Shown here in pieces: positions 62,074 through 64,000 of a DNA stretch of 64,000 nt. Each line of letters opens with the position of its first letter. Positions within the stretch are counted from its first letter, which is position 1. The DNA lies in IMG/VR virus record IMGVR_UViG_3300036784_000120, positions 1-64,000 of that record, one strand, 5' to 3'. Origin of the DNA: a virus. Its lineage: Duplodnaviria; Caudoviricetes. A program made the position numbers and the translations under genes. Under the pieces are notes generated by a model. The model was not told the origin of the DNA and did not search any database. It saw only the letters and a list, made by a program, of their open reading frames with translations.

Positions 62074-64000
62074 GCCGCCTTCCCCTCCTCGGCCTGGAGC
62101 TGCTGAAGTTTCTGGGCAGCGGCGGCACGGAGATCAGCAGGCGTAGACGCATGGCCCTGATCCCAGTCGTCAGCGATATTCGCGGCTGCGGCAACCGTCA
62201 TCGCGTACGCCTGCTGCTGGTTGGCAGGGAGCATGTCACCGATCACCTGCCTGGCCATGACGTTCGGCTTGTCCAGCGTCCCGACCGCGTTCACCTGGTC
62301 CGCGATGTCCCTGATCGCAGCCATGGTGGCCGGGTCATTCTCCGGCTTGCCGGTTTTCATCTGCGCGGTCATCGACGCCCACTCGAACGCCTGCGCCGTC
62401 TGCTGCGGGTAGTGGCCCCACGAGTCCCCGGTCCTGATCGCGTCCGGTGACGACTTGTTGGCGGCCAGGTCAGACATGGTGGCACCAGGCGGGGCGTGCG
62501 GCGCGTCCGTGCCCGGTCCCCTGGCTATCGGCCTGTCCCCGATGCCCAGCTTGCCGAAATACTCACCGGCATGCTGAATAGCGCCCAGCTCAGTGAACCC
62601 CTCCTCTATATCGGCATTGCCCATGGACATGTTGTACGCTTCCTTGTCCCCGTTGGTTTCGCGGCTCTGCCCTTCGGGCACTACGGCGTGGATCAGCTCG
62701 TGCAGGTTCACCGCGTATGCGCCGGGCACCTTGACCGGCTGGTCAGGGTTATTCTCCGCGTCGGCTATCCCGGCGGCCACGTCGTTGCGCATGTCCATGT
62801 GGCCGTTCCAGTCCATGATCGCCAGGTCATTGCCCATGCTCGGGGACCACTTGCTGTACGTCGTGGGCGGCTTGCCGTCCCAGTCCAGGTGCGTGTCCGG
62901 GCCGAACATGTGCGGCACTATGGGAGCCGACCTGGCAATCAGCCTCCCGGCAGTTGCCTCGTCGCTCTTGCTTATGTGCTCAGTCCGGGAAATCTGGTTT
63001 TCTAGCTTGGTTATCTCATCCCCTTCGCCGCTCTTGACCCACTCCCCGCGGTGCCCGCGCAGTTCCGCCCGCCAGGCGTCACGCCAGCTCAGTTCCACTC
63101 CGGAAGACGGCACTTCACGAATGATGCGGACCGGGGATTTCGTTTGATGCTGGTCAGAACCGGCGGCGATTGGCCAGTGCTTCCCCGTGGGCTCAACCTC
63201 ATACACGTGCGGGTCACCCAGGCCGCCCCGGTCCCGTTCTGCGTAGTGCAGGGCATGCCGGACAGATCCCGCGATGTAAACAGACTTCGGGTCACTGTGC
63301 TCGGGACCGAAATTAGCCCGGTGCCCCACGGCCGGGTCAATAACGTCGCCCGGCTTGTGCACGTCACTGGTGCCATGGAACCATCGGCCGCCCGGCCCGC
63401 GATCCTCAGTCTCCCAGTCCAGTTCGATGACCTGCCCGGAGATCGAGTTGCTCGCGGAGATGATCCCGGCCGGCGGCTCGGTGTCCTCGTCTGCCCCGGT
63501 GTCTTCGGGTTCGTCGTGGGGCTGCTGCACTGCGACGGCCTGGGAGTGCCAGTGGCCGGGCCCGCGGAAGTGGTGGCCGCTGCCCACCGGGGTGCTCATC
63601 GCAGCTGCGGCGTGCTCGGGGACGTGCGGTGGCCAGAACCCGTCGCCGGACGCGAAATGGTAGGCGCCGCCGATCGCATGGGTGTACGCGCCGATCGTCT
63701 CCACCTGCCGCAGGCTGTCGAGCACCGTCACCGGGTCGATGTCGATCCGGTTCAGGTCATCGTCGTGGAACACCCCCAGGTACGAGCCGCCCTTGGCGAG
63801 CTGCTTGCCGTACTTGGACAGCGCGATGTTCATCGCCTCGTCGAACTGCTCGCGGCTGGCATGCTCGTCGATCGAGGTGGTGTCCAGGCCGGTCGGCTTG
63901 ATGCTCATCGCGTACTTGTCGGCGCCCTGCGGCAGGTCCTGCCCGGACCGCGGGTCGATGGTCGCGCCGCCCCACGACTTCTGCACCTCAGCGTAGGTGC
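62070..64000 (-). CDS. Multidomain head-associated protein (5' partial) with Arr-like ADP-ribosyltransferase and zincin-like domains
   Basis: Frame open to window edge; WFHGTS...PGDVI...VYI...HVYEVEPTG; HELIH...EEGFTE. Confidence 0.7.
   Translation of the reverse strand, partial: TYAEVQKSWGGATIDPRSGQDLPQGADKYAMSIKPTGLDTTSIDEHASREQFDEAMNIALSKYGKQLAKGGSYLGVFHDDDLNRIDIDPVTVLDSLRQVETIGAYTHAIGGAYHFASGDGFWPPHVPEHAAAAMSTPVGSGHHFRGPGHWHSQAVAVQQPHDEPEDTGADEDTEPPAGIISASNSISGQVIELDWETEDRGPGGRWFHGTSDVHKPGDVIDPAVGHRANFGPEHSDPKSVYIAGSVRHALHYAERDRGGLGDPHVYEVEPTGKHWPIAAGSDQHQTKSPVRIIREVPSSGVELSWRDAWRAELRGHRGEWVKSGEGDEITKLENQISRTEHISKSDEATAGRLIARSAPIVPHMFGPDTHLDWDGKPPTTYSKWSPSMGNDLAIMDWNGHMDMRNDVAAGIADAENNPDQPVKVPGAYAVNLHELIHAVVPEGQSRETNGDKEAYNMSMGNADIEEGFTELGAIQHAGEYFGKLGIGDRPIARGPGTDAPHAPPGATMSDLAANKSSPDAIRTGDSWGHYPQQTAQAFEWASMTAQMKTGKPENDPATMAAIRDIADQVNAVGTLDKPNVMARQVIGDMLPANQQQAYAMTVAAAANIADDWDQGHASTPADLRAAAAQKLQQLQAEEGKAA

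Noticed and set aside
1-64000. Genome-wide stop codon reassignment
   Set aside because: TGA, TAG and TAA all end well-supported genes with normal coupling; only one isolated in-frame TGA was noticed

Overview
High-GC DNA that reads as part of a tailed actinobacterial phage or prophage, probably a siphovirus (inference from gene content). No host housekeeping context, terminase, portal or lysin is in the window. Layout: (1) 1-20.2 kb holds mostly rightward small accessory and regulatory genes (MmcB-like nuclease, sigma-region-4 protein, DUF1643, RHH, PadR, HerA-like ATPase, stand-alone ClpC N-domain). It also has a leftward MFS transporter and a leftward tyrosine recombinase/endonuclease VII operon. 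(2) 20.2-47.9 kb is a leftward virion module: fibre and minor tail genes, tape measure, chaperones, major tail, adaptors, major capsid, protease/scaffold. (3) 48-60.6 kb is a non-structural block lodged between head genes: DivIVA-like, flavohemoprotein-like, TGT/DpdA-like, Mom-like, ArdC-like, DUF3560-methyltransferase, orphan Phd/YefM and a DnaN-like clamp. (4) 60.6-64 kb holds more leftward head-associated genes, one with ADP-ribosyltransferase and zincin-like domains. The most striking signal is at 28.67-29.02 kb: a protein-free IS200/IS605-type mini-element that keeps a TnpB-style omega-RNA scaffold and a putative promoter. Its 17-nt guide-position sequence exactly matches the 3' end of the adjacent tail gene. 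Other highlights are a 13-aa peptide/hairpin/MFS locus, an orphan antitoxin beside one of two TGTACA-containing promoters, a repeated palindromic late-promoter motif, and a recurring (V/I/L)(E/D)L motif at domain boundaries of head proteins. All family assignments are by motif recognition, not database search.
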